Shown here piece by piece: positions 1 to 12,261 of a stretch of DNA of 64,000 bases. Where the stretch lies: assembly GCF_006345805.1 (NCBI RefSeq), contig NC_043003.1, positions 88,536,001-88,600,000 of the forward strand, written 5' to 3'. The stretch's first letter is position 1; each line of letters starts with the position of its first letter. The notes beneath the pieces are model-generated. The model made no database searches, was not told the DNA's origin, and was given only the letters and a program-made list of their open reading frames with translations. A program made the translations under genes and the position numbers. The stretch comes from Octopus sinensis (lineage: Eukaryota).

Positions 1-663
1 AGAGAAATGCTGGACATAAGAAGCATCAGATGTGGTGTGCAAGAGCGACGCTTGCGATGGTATGGTCATGTACTGCGGATGGATGAGGAGAGATGTGTGA
101 AGAAGTGCTGCTCCCAAACAGTTGAAGGTATCAGGGGGAGAGGTAGACCCAGGAAGACATGGGATAAGGTAGTCAAGCATGACCTCAGAGCGTTGGGCCT
201 CACAGAGGCAATGGCGAAGGACTGAGATCTCTGGAGATATGCTGTGACTGCAAAGACCCAGGTTGCTTCCTGCACCAGTTCCGCATAGCCCCTGCCCATT
301 CAAAGTACCTTGGATTCCAGAACATCTCGCTGTGCTTCAGGAGACCTATTGAGTCAAGTACATGAACATCGAAATAAATATCAATGGAAATAGTAGTTGT
401 GATACCTGTGCCGGTGGCACATAAAAAGCACCATCCGATCGTGGCCGATGCCACCGCCACCTCGACTGGCTTCTTTGCCGGTGGTACATAAAAAGCACCC
501 ACTACACTCGCGGAGTGGTTGGCGTTAGGAAGGGCATCCAGCTGTAGAAACACTGCCAGATCAGACTGGAGCCTGGTGCAGCCTCCTGGCTTCCCAGACC
601 CCAGTCGAACTCTCCAACCCGTGCTAGCGCGGAAAACAGACGTTAAACAATGATGATGATGAT
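1..663 (+). mobile_element. RTE-clade LINE 3' end (RT C-terminus, 3' UTR and (ATG)n tail)
   Basis: ORF 7-225 IRCGVQERRLRWYGHVLRM...GRGRPRKTW is a typical RTE C-terminus. It is followed by the GTGGTTGGCGTTAGGAAGGGCATCCAGC UTR and a tgatgatgat tail at ~649-663. Confidence 0.85.
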
Positions 664-926
664 AAAAGTATTGGCCCCCGTGCCGGTGGCACGTAAAAAG
701 CACCATCCGACCATGGCCGTTTGCAGCCCCGTCTGGCACCTGTGCCGGTGGCACGTAAAAGCACCCACAACACTCACGGAGTGGTTGGCGTTAGGAAGAG
801 CATCCAGCCGTAGAAACATTGCCAGATCAGACTGGGCCTGGCGCAGCCTTCTGGCTTCCCAGATCCCAGTTGAACCGTCCAACCCATGCTAGCGTGGAAA
901 GCGTACGCTAAATGATGATGATGATA
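664..926 (+). mobile_element. Second short copy of the RTE 3'-tail repeat, in tandem
   Basis: Repeats the UTR motifs of 400-663 and ends in atgatgatgatg. Confidence 0.8.
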
Positions 927-1261
927 TAATGTATATGACAGTTTAAAAGTTTTGAATTAATTATTTAAAGCATCTTATGATCGTTTCACAGAAGAGTTGT
1001 CCCTATAATGAAATCCTATATTGATAAGCATTTATAGACAATGCTTCTGCTCTTCAGAGATATAAAATTTGAATTCTGTATAACATATCGAATGATAGTT
1101 TGTTTTTTTTAATTTGAAGTAAAACTATAGAATGGTGTTTGTTTGAAAGATAAATTAAAAATTACTACTTTTGATGAGTCTTTAAATCCATATATACTTC
1201 CTTGGTTATTCTACTGCAATAATCCATAATATTCATATGTAAGATCCATTATATTATCTTG

Positions 1262-1465
1262 TATATACATGTCTGTATATATACATATATATGTGTGTGT
1301 GCATGTGTATATATGTGTGTATATATATATGTGTGTGTGTGTGTGTGTATATGTGTGTGTATGTGTGTATATATTGATGTGTGTGTGTGTATATGTATAT
1401 AGATGTATGTGTGTGTGTGTATATATATATATATATAGATAGATAGATAGATAGATAGATAGAGA
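1262..1465. repeat. Compound (TA)/(TG)/(TAGA) microsatellite
   Basis: Directly visible. Confidence 0.95.
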
Positions 1466-1639
1466 GAAAAAATAATGAGTGAATGAGAAAAACAACGGAA
1501 GGGTTTAAAAAGCGTCAAAATAACTGGAAATAAAATGAAACAAAATTGAAGCCAAAACATTAAAAATTATTGAAAGTGGGTAGAAATAAACACTACATAG
1601 TGTAGTAGTGCTATGCTAGAGCATCTGTAGAAAGTTCAA

Positions 1640-2060
1640 TGTGATTTCGGAATGGAAAAATTCAGATCGTGGGAGTTTTCTGAAAGTCCTCTCCCCACCT
1701 CAAGATTTTCCCCACAAATTACTTTATAATCGCAATGTATGCTGTTTGAAAAAAAAAACAGACACACATTTTCCTAACAGTTACAAGCAAAAAGCTCAGA
1801 TCTTGTGAATTTTCCTAAGTCTTCTCTCCACTCTCTTGGAAAAGATTTTCCCCACAAATTTCTTTATAATCGTAATGTATGCTGTTTGAAAGGTATTCAT
1901 ATAAAATGTATTTTATATCACATATGAAAAAACCCCATTGTCCTAAAAGTTATGAGGGAAAAACTTGGATCTTGTGAATTTTCTGAGGTCCTCTCCCCAC
2001 CCTACCATCGCTTTGCACACATTTTTTTAAATATTCGTTTCCTATACATTTTTTTACACC
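1640..2060. repeat. Degenerate repeated units related to the foldback element at 5662-5985
   Basis: Recurrent gatcttgtgaattttc..aagtcctctcccc and tttccccacaaat..ctttataatcg motifs, also seen at 5850-5910 and 14340-14520. Confidence 0.6.
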
Positions 2061-2249
2061 CATTGCACTATTTTTTCCTGATTTTCATTTCCAGGTCAAG
2101 TTGTAGACTATATATATTTTTTTTTTAATTTCAACATTAACCATTTATTGTAGTTGTTTGCAAATAGTGGATTAAAACTTGAAATGAAAACATTAAAATA
2201 GAGAGTGAGAGGATTTGGAAATTGGTTCTTTATTAACCACAAAGGGTTG

Positions 2250-2890
2250 ATACATTAATTAAAAATTTATGATAATATATATGAATAACGGATGATCTAA
2301 CAATGATGGAGTGAGAGACAGGTGTGACCCCATGTTTCACCACAGATCCCTTTATGAGGCTTATGTTTTCACTCAAGCAGGCACATTCACTCTCAACATG
2401 CTTGCCACTTTCTTTCATCTTTTCTCATATATACTGAGTGACAAGCGTCTCCTCTCCAACCTTATGGAAAATAAAACAGTTTACCAAACTAAGGCTGGAA
2501 ATGAAGACAACTGTCACCACTCCTTTCATGCGTGTCTTCCATACCACCTCTTTCGCCACAGCCATTACATAGAGAAAACAGACCTTCCCGTCCCTGTTCA
2601 GAGAGGATGTAGAATAATCTTTATTATTGACTTGGTTGACAGTTGTACCCTTCCTAGGCGTGACAGCAGCTGTTTGACATAAACTCACAATTCCGAATCA
2701 GTGGAGGCAAAGATGCCTCTCATTTACTTGACAATTTATGCACCACATTGCAGAAATCCCAACGTAAGTGTATGTCAAAGCAAACTGTTACACTGTTGTA
2801 CCATTGAATTACAAATAATGCTCATCTTGTATGCTCGGGTAACCCTACAGCTTCCAAGAGCACAACTGTATTCGTTTTTGCTTAGATAAA
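2250..2890 (-). mobile_element. Tx1/L1-like non-LTR retrotransposon C-terminal remnant
   Basis: Frameshifted peptides VKQLLSRLGRVQLS, GKVCFLYVMAVAKEVVWKTRMKG and RLERRRLS..EKR*KKVASMLRVN resemble Tx1 ORF2 C-termini. Many stops. Confidence 0.6.
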
Positions 2891-2899
2891 ATGACAAAA

Positions 2900-3659
2900 T
2901 TGTGGGTGTTAAGTCCCCATGGAGGGGTCTTTCTAACTTGTAAGATGATGAAATTTTATAAATATTACTTCATTTGTGTCTAATATCTATGGTTAAAATT
3001 TCGCCAACAGCAAAAATTCATGAATTGTCAATGGGGTTATGGCCCATATGCATAGAATATAATTTTCAAATTTCATAAAAATCCATTCAGTACTTTTGAC
3101 CTAGTTTTGGAACATAAAAGAAATGACTAAAATTTGGGAGCATTAGAGTGATATATATATAGATAGATACATACATACATACACACACACATACAATGAT
3201 AAATTGATAGATACAACTGAGTGGGCAAACAAAAATATTCTATTATTCTATTAGTTTGTTCTTGTGAAACCAGTAAGTTATGGGGATGTAAATAAACGAA
3301 CACCAGTTGAGAAGCAGTGATGAGGGAGAAACAGAAAGGCACAGACATAGACTTACATATATACATACATATATATATATGTATACGATTGATTTCTTTC
3401 AGTTTCTGTCTACAAAATCCACTGACAAGGCTTTGGTTGGTCTGAGGCTATAGCAGAAGACACATGCCAAGTCACCAGACAGTGGGACTGAACTGAGGAC
3501 CATATGTTTTAGAACCAAGTTTGTTACCACACAGCCACACCTGCACCTATGTGTGTGCGTGTCTGGGTGTATATATGTATGCATGTATATATGTGTATAT
3601 ATATATGTGTACATATATATATATATATACGCATCCATATATATATATATATATACATG

Positions 3660-3710
<51 letters not shown>

Positions 3711-4130
3711 GTAAATTTGAATTTAAAATAATAAGGGTGAAAGATTAAATATTAATTTGATTAATATGAATTGAAAACCAGTGGTGTAGCATATAAGACC
3801 ATAGCGGATCTTCTTCTAGCAAAATGGATGTCCACTCTTAATGGTTCAACCCTGTTATATAATAGTTTCACTATTAAACTGAAAGCATCTGACATTACAA
3901 TAGAGAGATGTTTTTCTTTCACTTTTAACACGTAATACTGAAATAGTAGAGAAGATATAATATTGCTGTGGGCTCGCCCTAGGCAAGAAGCTAAAAACAT
4001 TTTTGCCCATGACACTACATGGACCCTAAGTAAGGCATGTGTAAAATTTGAATGAAATTGGTTGTTTAGTTCTCAAGTTTTAGGGATTCACATAGACAGA
4101 CACACATTCTCAGTTTTATATATATATAGA
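2900..4130 (-). mobile_element. Non-autonomous Helitron (3'-truncated) carrying a captured tRNA-SINE
   Basis: 5' end TCTATATATATATAAAACTGAGAATGTGTGTCTG at 4130. Inverted copy of 25336-26390, including the SINE at ~3190-3550. Confidence 0.65.
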
Positions 4131-4235
4131 AGATATATATATATTCACACACACACAAGGTTGTGAACATTTTTAAAAAAGTTATTTCTTCTCAAAGTCG
4201 AAAATGCAGTCTTCATTGTGCACCCCCTGTATATA

Positions 4236-4450
4236 CGAGGGGGGTGCTGAAAAATCCCTGACTTTAAGAGTGTCGCGAAAGGCCTGGATGGCAGCCCAGC
4301 ATTCTGAGTTCTTTTACGGGGCTTAGAAAAACTGAAGGACTGCTGCGGTGTGTAAATCTGAGAGGAGAATGTGTTGCTTAAAATCATAATTAACTGATCC
4401 TCTTGGTATTTTCTTCTACCCCAAACCAGGAACATTTCAGTATCCCCTCG
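4236..4450. mobile_element. Mariner-type MITE
   Basis: TA|CGAGGGGGGTGCTGAAAA left end and TTTCAGTATCCCCTCG right end form imperfect TIRs. Confidence 0.7.
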
Positions 4451-5221
4451 TGTGTGTGTATTCCAAGATGTGATGAGTTCAGAATAAGCTACGTCTGGCC
4501 ACTTAAAACGAGGTGTTCAAAGATAAGTCTGAGAGGGAGTCCTACAAAATATATTTACCCGACTATTGATTATGAAACATTTTTGAAATAGATGTGTGCG
4601 TGTTCAGTTTAAGTTTATAGAATTAGAGAACATTATAACCACCTTCATAGAAAAGCGATGTAGAGAATATAATAAGAAAGTAACGCTTAGCGGCAAGTCG
4701 AGTCCACGTCTCGGTTTGAATAGTTTAAGCCAATTCACTACAATGACGCTGCTAGATTTCGAAAAGGTTCCAAGTTTACACAATCTCACGCAACTGTTGT
4801 CCTTCAACAATAATAAGCCAGTAAAAATGGTTGCATGGTTCTAATGCATGATTGGATGCTATACTCTGCTTATCTCTGTACTCAGCTGTTTACAATTAAA
4901 AAAAAGTGCGGTGTCGATTGAGACATCGATATCAAGTACCTGTAATGTCGTACGAACGATTCAACTGACCATAACTCTCCCCTGCAAAAATTAGCCATAA
5001 CTGTGTTACAAGAAATCACCAAAGCAGCCCTTAGTAATGATGAATATATAAATTATATTTGAGCGAAAATTTAATTAGTTCAAAAGAAAAAAACTTATTG
5101 AGAAATGTATGAAACGAATGCGATAAAAATATCCCATATGATTTGCAAAATTCAGTAATAATAATCACATAACAAGCTTGAATTTAAAGCACCATCGCAC
5201 ATATGATATATCAAACCTTAC

Positions 5222-5317
5222 TTTTTCTTTTTCAGCTTTCTCTGCTTTTAATTTACGCACAATTTCACCTTGTTCTTTGATTGCCTGTTTCACTGCGGCT
5301 TTTTCTTGCTCGGCCAT
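5222..5317 (-). CDS. HARS: First coding exon (WHEP-TRS helix 1) of a probable histidyl-tRNA synthetase; the rest of the gene lies beyond position 1 or was not found
   Basis: Kozak accATGG; MAEQEKAAVKQAIKEQGEIVRKLKAEKAEKEK contains the WHEP motif QG..VR.LK. A phase-0 donor GTAAGG at 5221 lies 15 residues after QG, the intron position I recall for vertebrate HARS1 exon 1. Confidence 0.78.
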
Positions 5318-5520
5318 GGTGATGAGATGAGGGCAACTGAAAGGTCACTTCCGGTAAACGGTGCATTTGATGATGCAATCGGACAGGAAACCGGGAAGCC
5401 CCTGTATATGGGGAGAAGGGGCTTTGCTTACTTTCTTTATGATATTGATAAAATATCAGGATCCCAGTCAAGAATTCGTGTGACGTAAGTGAAATAACGT
5501 TACTATATTTACGGTAAATG
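5318..5520 (-). promoter_or_regulatory. Probable housekeeping promoter / 5' UTR of the HARS-like gene
   Basis: ETS-type ACTTCCGG at 5347-5354 and CRE-like TGACGTAA at 5481-5488. Locally CpG-enriched relative to the flanks. Confidence 0.5.
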
Positions 5521-5661
5521 TTTACATTTGTACCTAACCTAAAACAAGAGTGACACAATTCAGAAGTTGGAATCAATCCGGCGAGAATGCAATTTACAAA
5601 ATTTCGTGTGGGTCGGTTAATATATAGTTTAACTCCCGTTCACCAAATCAAAATTAGAAAC

Positions 5662-5985
5662 ACAGTCAAATAGGTTTTTAAAAAAATGTAGAAAACGAAT
5701 ATGAAAACAAAAATTTGTGCAGACGAACGTGGGGTGAGAGGATCTTCGGAAAATTCACAACATCCGATTTCTCCCTCATAACTTTCAGGAAAATGGATAT
5801 ATGTTGATGAAATGTCATAGATTACTATTATAAAGAAATTTATGGGGAAATGTTTTCCGTAGGGTGGGGAAAGGATTTCGGAAAATCGGATCTTGTGAAT
5901 TTTCCGAAAGTTCCCCCCACGTTCGTCTGCACAAATTTTTGTTTTCATATTCGTTTTCTACATTTTTTTACACCTGTTTGACTGT
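5662..5985. mobile_element. Foldback/MITE-like element with ~110-bp inverted arms
   Basis: 5680-5734 is the reverse complement of 5915-5969; 5746-5770 pairs with 5883-5908. Confidence 0.75.
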
Positions 5986-6519
5986 ATTAGATTGTTAGGT
6001 TAGGTTGTCTGTTTCTCTTGTTATTTAATCGTCCTGGTGTGGCAAAACTATGATCAAATGTGTTCCAGCCAACTTGGTATTTATTTTATTCAGTTCGACT
6101 AGGACAACATAATTCAGCAAATCGTTCAGGCATTATATTTAGGGCGATTTTTATTTTTTTAATATGATGGTGTGGTGAGATTTGGCTACTGTTTGTTGCA
6201 AGCGGAGCGAAACCATGGTAATTAGTTGACGGCATCCAAATGTTCGACCAGATTCCTACGCATGTGTGCACCCCCTTGACTTTGTTTCTGGAGGAGACGT
6301 GGGATAGAGTTACTAAAGAGGTCACAGGATGTGTATTGAAAGAGCTTTAACAAAAAGAAATTAAAATAATAATAAAGTTGAAGTGAAGGCCAAATATATA
6401 GTGCGTGTGTTTAATTAGCAAACAATGACCGTCCCTAAGTATAACAATACCTATCTCAACAGATGATTTCACATCAAGAATCTTGCTAAACAAATGCATG
6501 AATGTGACTGAGATTTATT

Positions 6520-6770
6520 GCAATACACCATGCTTGATAAGAACTGTCAAGCCAAGTGAGATCATAGTCGTGGTGTTTCGTAACTGGCACCCATGCCAAT
6601 GGCACATAAAAAGCACCCACTACACTCTTGGAGTGGTTGGCGTTAGGAAGGGCATCCAGCTTAGAACCCATGACAAATCAGATTGAAACCTGGTACAGCT
6701 CCCTCAGCTTACCAATTTTCAGTCAAACCATCCAAGATGGTAAACAGATGTTAAATGATGATATATTAGA
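6520..6770 (+). mobile_element. RTE-tail SINE-like repeat
   Basis: Same GGAGTGGTTGGCGTTAGGAAGGGCATCCAGC motif and atgatgat tail. Confidence 0.7.
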
Positions 6771-6779
6771 TAAAGATGG

Positions 6780-7370
6780 TTATAGGGGTTATCTAAGGCT
6801 TCGCATCCGTAAAGTACTTAGCTCTTCAGACCAAAATAGCCACTGGCCTATAACCCCTATTCAAAGTGGGGGGAGAAGACTAGTTGTTGAAAACAGACAA
6901 AGGAGAAGGGTTAAATGCAAGGGATTGTCTCCCTTAGACCACTATCTGTAGTGGACCCGGTCAGTCTGTGGGTTCCAGGATTTCAGCAGCAATCTCATGA
7001 AGTGTAAATAGGATCTGAAGACTTCCATCCTTGAATTTAAGATGTTCTCCGAGTTGATGAACTTCTTTAATATACTTGCCCATTCAGCTAAGCACAGCTT
7101 GCAACACTTGTTCCCGTTGATGTAAGGGTCTGGTTTTTCTAGGATCTTCCATGAGATTACCTGTGGAGTCCCTTTGTCCTTCAGGTGCCACACATGGCTG
7201 GCCAAGGACATGGCACATTGTCTCTCTCGGATCTGTTGTTGGAGAGGCGCTGCTTGAAGGTGTTTCCGGAACATCTCGTGTATCTTTGAATACTGCTGCT
7301 TCTGTTGTTGGTTTTGTTAATGCTGGTGTGGGACGTCCTCCCACGCCAGCATTATGACGTCTAGAATGGG
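6780..7370 (-). mobile_element. Penelope-like element 3' remnant (GIY-YIG C-terminus)
   Basis: SLASHVWHLKDKGTPQVISWKILEK...CKLCLAE is a typical PLE endonuclease tail. Confidence 0.7.
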
Positions 7371-7435
7371 GGTAAAATGAGTAACGACTAATTTCAGTTA
7401 TTTCTTCTCTTTAACTACACGGTGTGTAAATATAG

Positions 7436-7797
7436 TGGAGGCACAATGGCCCAGTGGTTAGGGCAGCGGACTCGCGGTTTCGATTCCCAGACCGGGCGTT
7501 GTGAGTGTTTATTGAGCGAAAACACCTAAAGTTCCACGAGGCAGGGATGGTGGTGATCCCTGCTGTACTCTTTCACCACAACTTTCTCTCATTCTTACTT
7601 CCTGTTTCTGTTGTACCTGTATTTCAAAGGGCCGGCCTTGTCACTCTCTGTGTCACGCTGAATATCCCCGAGAACTACGTTGAGGGTACACGTGTCTGTG
7701 GAGTGCTCAGCCACTTACACGTTAATTTCACGAGCAAGCTGTTCGGATCAACCAGAATTCTCGTCGTCGTAACCGACGGAGTGCTTCCATCCATTGT
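7436..7797 (+). mobile_element. tRNA-derived SINE
   Basis: A-box TGGCCCAGTGG and B-box GGTTTCGATTCCC; same family as 22178, 48398 and 48661. Confidence 0.85.
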
Positions 7798-8459
7798 GTA
7801 AATATATCATGAAGGGGACACTCCAGCAGATTGTGAAGAAGCTATAGAGAATATTCTATGTTGAATTTTTTTTTTTTAATCGAGTTTCATTGATTGCATA
7901 TCATGTGCCATTTTCCCCTGATCCTCTTTCATTTGACCTAGGTGTTTAAAATTTATTTTGCATTTCTAATGTTTAGGGATGGATACTGACGAGTTTCAGT
8001 GTCTTTTCAAATGTGATTCTAGAGAATTGAAGTGGCAAATATATATTATCTTGTCTTACTCATTTTGCCCCACCCAAATTTGTCTATTATATGTTGAAAG
8101 AGAACAACGATAATTTTCTGAAATAGTGATCATATTATGTTAAAATACTTTCAAGGCATTTAGGGAAGGCCTTTTGCTTAGCTGATATAGTTTTTGGAAG
8201 GTTATGAACATTTATAAAAAATATATATTTCGTGCCAAGGTAAAAAATGCAGTAAAAACATTCCATTTTGCAACCCCACTCCACATATATGCATACATTT
8301 TTTGTTTTTAAGGAAATATTCTTTTATTGGAACATAACACGTATGTATATGATACATGTATAATGCAAAAATCGCATTAAAAATGCGAATCCAAATCCAG
8401 GGGGAAAACAATGGAAAAAGAGGAACAAAGAAAGAAAAAAGAAAAGAAAAAACACCAAT

Positions 8460-9170
8460 GCAACACCAAGTGCCTCAATTGGTTGCACACCCGAAGTTCA
8501 ACATGCTTGCAGCATTACCATGGTTGATGGTAAGCCAAAGGTGTTGGGACAGCCAAGCACCTGCATTGGCATCGCCTGACGTCTCAGTGAGGCAAGCTGC
8601 CAACAATGACAAGAACTTTGCCATTAGTGGCCCAGCCCATTCAAACGTCTCAAACACTACAGGCTGGAAAAAATGGTTCACTGACAAGTCCCAGTACTTC
8701 AGAATTTTGTTTTGTTTGGCTACAGAAGCAGTGATTCTCCCATTTACTACAGCATCTAGACACCTATATCTTACCTGGGGACAAAGGGTAAGGACCATCT
8801 GATCTCTTCCCATCACTTCTGCATTATCCCACCAGCTTCAAAACTGAGGGGATATTAACCCATGCCAGGGCCTGCTTAATGATTAAGTTTATCTTGGTGT
8901 GACAAGCAAAGCAAGCAGTGTTTTAGGCAGTAAGACAAACCATGAAAACCTGCTGAGTTGTGGAGCCTACAACATGAACATCTCAGTTCCCCACAGACGT
9001 CAGCTCCCATTCTGAGTGCTATGGAGATGCAGAGCTCATCTAGACTGAGTAGACCATCAATGTTAGCCACAGGCAGGGCATCAATCCAGTCCCTTGAGAA
9101 TTTTACATTAGCAGAAGGCAACATCTTGAAAATTGATCAAAGAGAGAGTTGAAAGTGGAACTGAGTGCAG
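8460..9170 (-). mobile_element. CRE-like non-LTR retrotransposon remnant (zinc knuckle and restriction-like endonuclease)
   Basis: CSCCRLHNSAGFHGLSYC knuckle; K.LKYWDL..FQPVVFETFEWAGP...QHLWLTINHGNAASML matches the RLE C-terminal QRGNAA motif. Confidence 0.7.
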
Positions 9171-9299
9171 ATTGTCCCATACTCTCTGCTCCGTCTATCC
9201 TCAACTGTATGTATATGTGCAAACAGAAAGAAAGCAAAGACGGAAAATTTTCAGACAATGAATATTTAAGTATAGGTATGTAGATTACAATATCTTCAC

Positions 9300-10400
9300 A
9301 TCTTTTTCCTTCTGTAGATTCTCTTTCTTTCCTTTATTCCATATTTAATATCCCCCCACCTAGATCATAACTAATAGAATATCCTCTCGGCTGCAACACA
9401 CTAATAATTAATAGAACACTACTCAGCATCTCTCTTGATGGTTTGGAACTATATACGAATTACTAAAATGCATATAATTAATCAATCTTTTCAATTCTCT
9501 TCACTCATTTATTTAATATATTTAGTTCCTTCATTCTTGAGCCCTACAATTTCACTATATCTATATGTCCCTAATCTATTTATTTTTGATTTACCATTTT
9601 AAATCTTTATTTGATTTATCATTTTAAATCTTTATTTTTATCCCTCAGTTCCCAATGAGCATACATTTCATTAACACCACAAATTTTTATATTTTATATT
9701 CAGTATTATGGGCATTTACTTCTAGCATCACTACAACCAGTCCCAAATCTCCCCTCACTTCCATTATTATCGGGCTCCCTTTAGCATGAGATCATTATCT
9801 TTTACAACTACTTTTTTACAATCACTACCTTATCCCTCCCATTTTTGCTAACCCTGGCCAGCCTTGATGGTCATTTGATATGTTATTCTTCATCCCTTTT
9901 CCTGTCTCTATACATGCACTCGCTAACCTCTCTCGACTTGCATACCCCACTATACTGACTGCTATATATTTACTCTACTACATCCACCTGTCTTTCCTCC
10001 TGACTATAGTATAATATCCCTATTCTACTCTCATTCATTCTCTATTTAAAACTGGTACAGGTAACTTTCACTATTCCTCACCATGGATTATCATCGAATA
10101 TTCTCATTTGAAGCTGCTGTTGGATATTACCTATAACTGTATTCTTCATTTGATCATGGATCTACCTAACATATCCTTCCCCCAATTTTGACAAACTGAA
10201 CTACTCTAATATCATCGATTGAGGACTTACCCTCACTTTTACATCTCTCTGATGACAGTATACTCAGCCTATGAAATCCTTACTCAGTATGATGATCCAC
10301 ACACTTGGCTATTCTAGAAACAACTGCACGAGACTCTATATTCTATATATTCTCTATCTAAATTAAATGTCTTTTTCAAGTGATCCCAAACGGTTTGCCT
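9300..10400 (+). mobile_element. Pyrimidine-rich PLE pLTR-like remnant with a degenerate hammerhead motif
   Basis: tctCTGATGAcag at ~10249 ... ctaGAAACAACTGCAcgagac at ~10317-10335; same layout as 21902-21957. Confidence 0.4.
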
Positions 10401-10829
10401 TTTCATTTTTACTTTAATCTTTATCTACCTGCTCAAGGAAAAAAACCACCTATAGCCACTTCTGATAGGCAGTTTTAACATCACATGTTCAGTTGCAGTT
10501 CAAACTGGAGTTTTAGTGGTAAACCAAACAGCACTCATAGTACATACCTTATATATAGATATTCATATATTAATAGATCAAACTTACACAGAGCACAAAT
10601 GACAGAGAATATTAAAGGGGTAGAGATAAGGTGTTATAAATCCAACAGCTTATAACACCTTACATCTGTTATATTTAATTTGTTTATCTGCGTAATTGCT
10701 TCTCTCTCTCCATTTATACATGTATATAGTTGGTGATACACACAGAAAGATAGAACTTAAAACACGAGTAAATATTTTTTATTAAAAATAGACAACACAT
10801 ATATATGTATATGTATTATAATTATTATA

Positions 10830-11400
10830 CACACTGTGATGTGCCAGATGCATTTTTCAAGGAGAGGTGTGAAACTGCATGAAAAAATTTACTCTTGTCT
10901 ATCTCCACAACTATTGGTTGCCCATAAGCATCAATGACCCCAATTTGCATTGGATTTTGTTTGAGCCAAACATCATATATTTCTCAACAGAAATTACTCC
11001 AATCTATGATCGCAGTTTTGGGCACAGGTAAAGAATACGCACACCACCCATTTTCGGCATAACCCTAACTCTAAACACCAGGTGTGCATATTCTTTACCT
11101 TCGCCTTACTTTGTATAGAAGATTCATGCATATCATTTTGTGACATATCACGTGACTAACAATAAATGATTAAAAAGATGCTATACAGGGACACGTGGCT
11201 TTTGTCAAAGAATGACCCATGACGGATTGATTTTCACATTTTACAAAGTTTGCGGTACCAAACTTTCCCGTCAATAATGTCACCACATGGTGAATTGCAA
11301 TAACAATTGAAGAATGTTGTCTTGTCTCGTGATTCTACCAATTTAGTAATATTCCATGATTCTTCAGCATAACTACAGATTTCTGCCCCACTCATTTTGG
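10830..11400 (-). mobile_element. Merlin (IS1016-like) transposase remnant
   Basis: DGKVWYRKLCKM*KSIRHGSFFDKSHVSL and IGVIDAYGQPIVVEIDKSKFF match the Merlin SIR.GSFF and VEIDESKF motifs. Confidence 0.7.
11026..11100. repeat. 20-bp inverted repeat enclosing TAACCCTAACTCTAA, interrupting the Merlin remnant
   Basis: AGGTAAAGAATACGCACACC ... GGTGTGCATATTCTTTACCT. Confidence 0.75.
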
Positions 11401-12261
11401 ATGATCAGAGCTTTCAGGAAAAAAAAAAAAAAAAAAAATTTATTAACTTTCAATTTTTCAAAAGAAATTTTTTTCTTTTTTGGAAATTCATATTTTGAAA
11501 GTTGATCTTTGATTTGGGTGTTGTTTCTAGCTTGTCGGACTTTCTGGTAGGAGTGTACTTAATTGAAGATTTTGAAAACGTAATTCATTTAGCTGCTGTT
11601 TCTAGCATGTCGAATTTTCTGTTTAGATACTTTTTACATCTGCTATTTTAGTATAATTCTACGCATGCATGAAACAGTAGAGAAAACACTTTAATTTTAC
11701 TTTCTGTCATAGATGTGCAGGCAGGGATAGAAGTATTCATTTTTTTTTTATTTTAAATTTTACAAAATTTTTTTTCATAATCATAATCCCTGTATTTTTG
11801 TACATATTTCGTCCCCCACCACCAAAAAACCAAAAGGGGGTCCATGTCCTTTAACTCTGCCAAATTTTTTTTAATTGTAGCATTTAAATACAAAGAAACA
11901 GAAAAAGAGAGATAAAAAAGAAAAGAACGGGGTGGGTTAAAGCAGTATGCATAACTACATCAAAATATTTTTAAGGATAATTTGAAAAACTTTAAGTGGT
12001 TGGAAGAAATTTTACAAGATCCATTAACCCTATGCTTTTATTTTAACACTTTTTCTAAAGCTCCTTTTAAATACTTTCATTTAACAACATTGTCGTTGAT
12101 TGAATGTTTAATTGCAACTTATACTTCTGCTTTCTCATATTTTAGTTTCTTGTACTTTTTTATTAATTTATTTGTGGGGTGGTAATATATATTTTATTCA
12201 AAATATGAAAAAGAATATATTTTACAAAAGGAAAACAAAAAAAAAGGGAGGAAAAAACATT

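Noticed and set aside
200-892. ORFs of 80-184 aa with LDALPNANHS / EWLALGRASS peptides (recurring at 6486, 15281, 20457, 29697, 41048, 56707)
   Set aside because: Chance frames through the multi-copy RTE 3' UTR repeat; not genes.
5265-5576. 103-aa - strand and 72-aa + strand ORFs over the promoter
   Set aside because: They overlap the real 32-codon WHEP exon in other frames or strands and have no recognisable domain.
6086-6340. Possible mitochondrial alternative exon of HARS, or a divergent + strand first exon (aaccATG|gtaatt at 6215)
   Set aside because: GTG start, no convincing donor on -, and no downstream partner exon identified on +.
6775-6835. CTGAAGA...GCGAAG hammerhead-like string after the PLE remnant
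   Set aside because: GAAA core is altered and stems II and III cannot be paired convincingly.
7436-7500. tRNA-like heads (also 22178, 24095, 48661)
   Set aside because: A/B boxes are followed by SINE bodies with no acceptor stem; SINEs, not tRNA genes.
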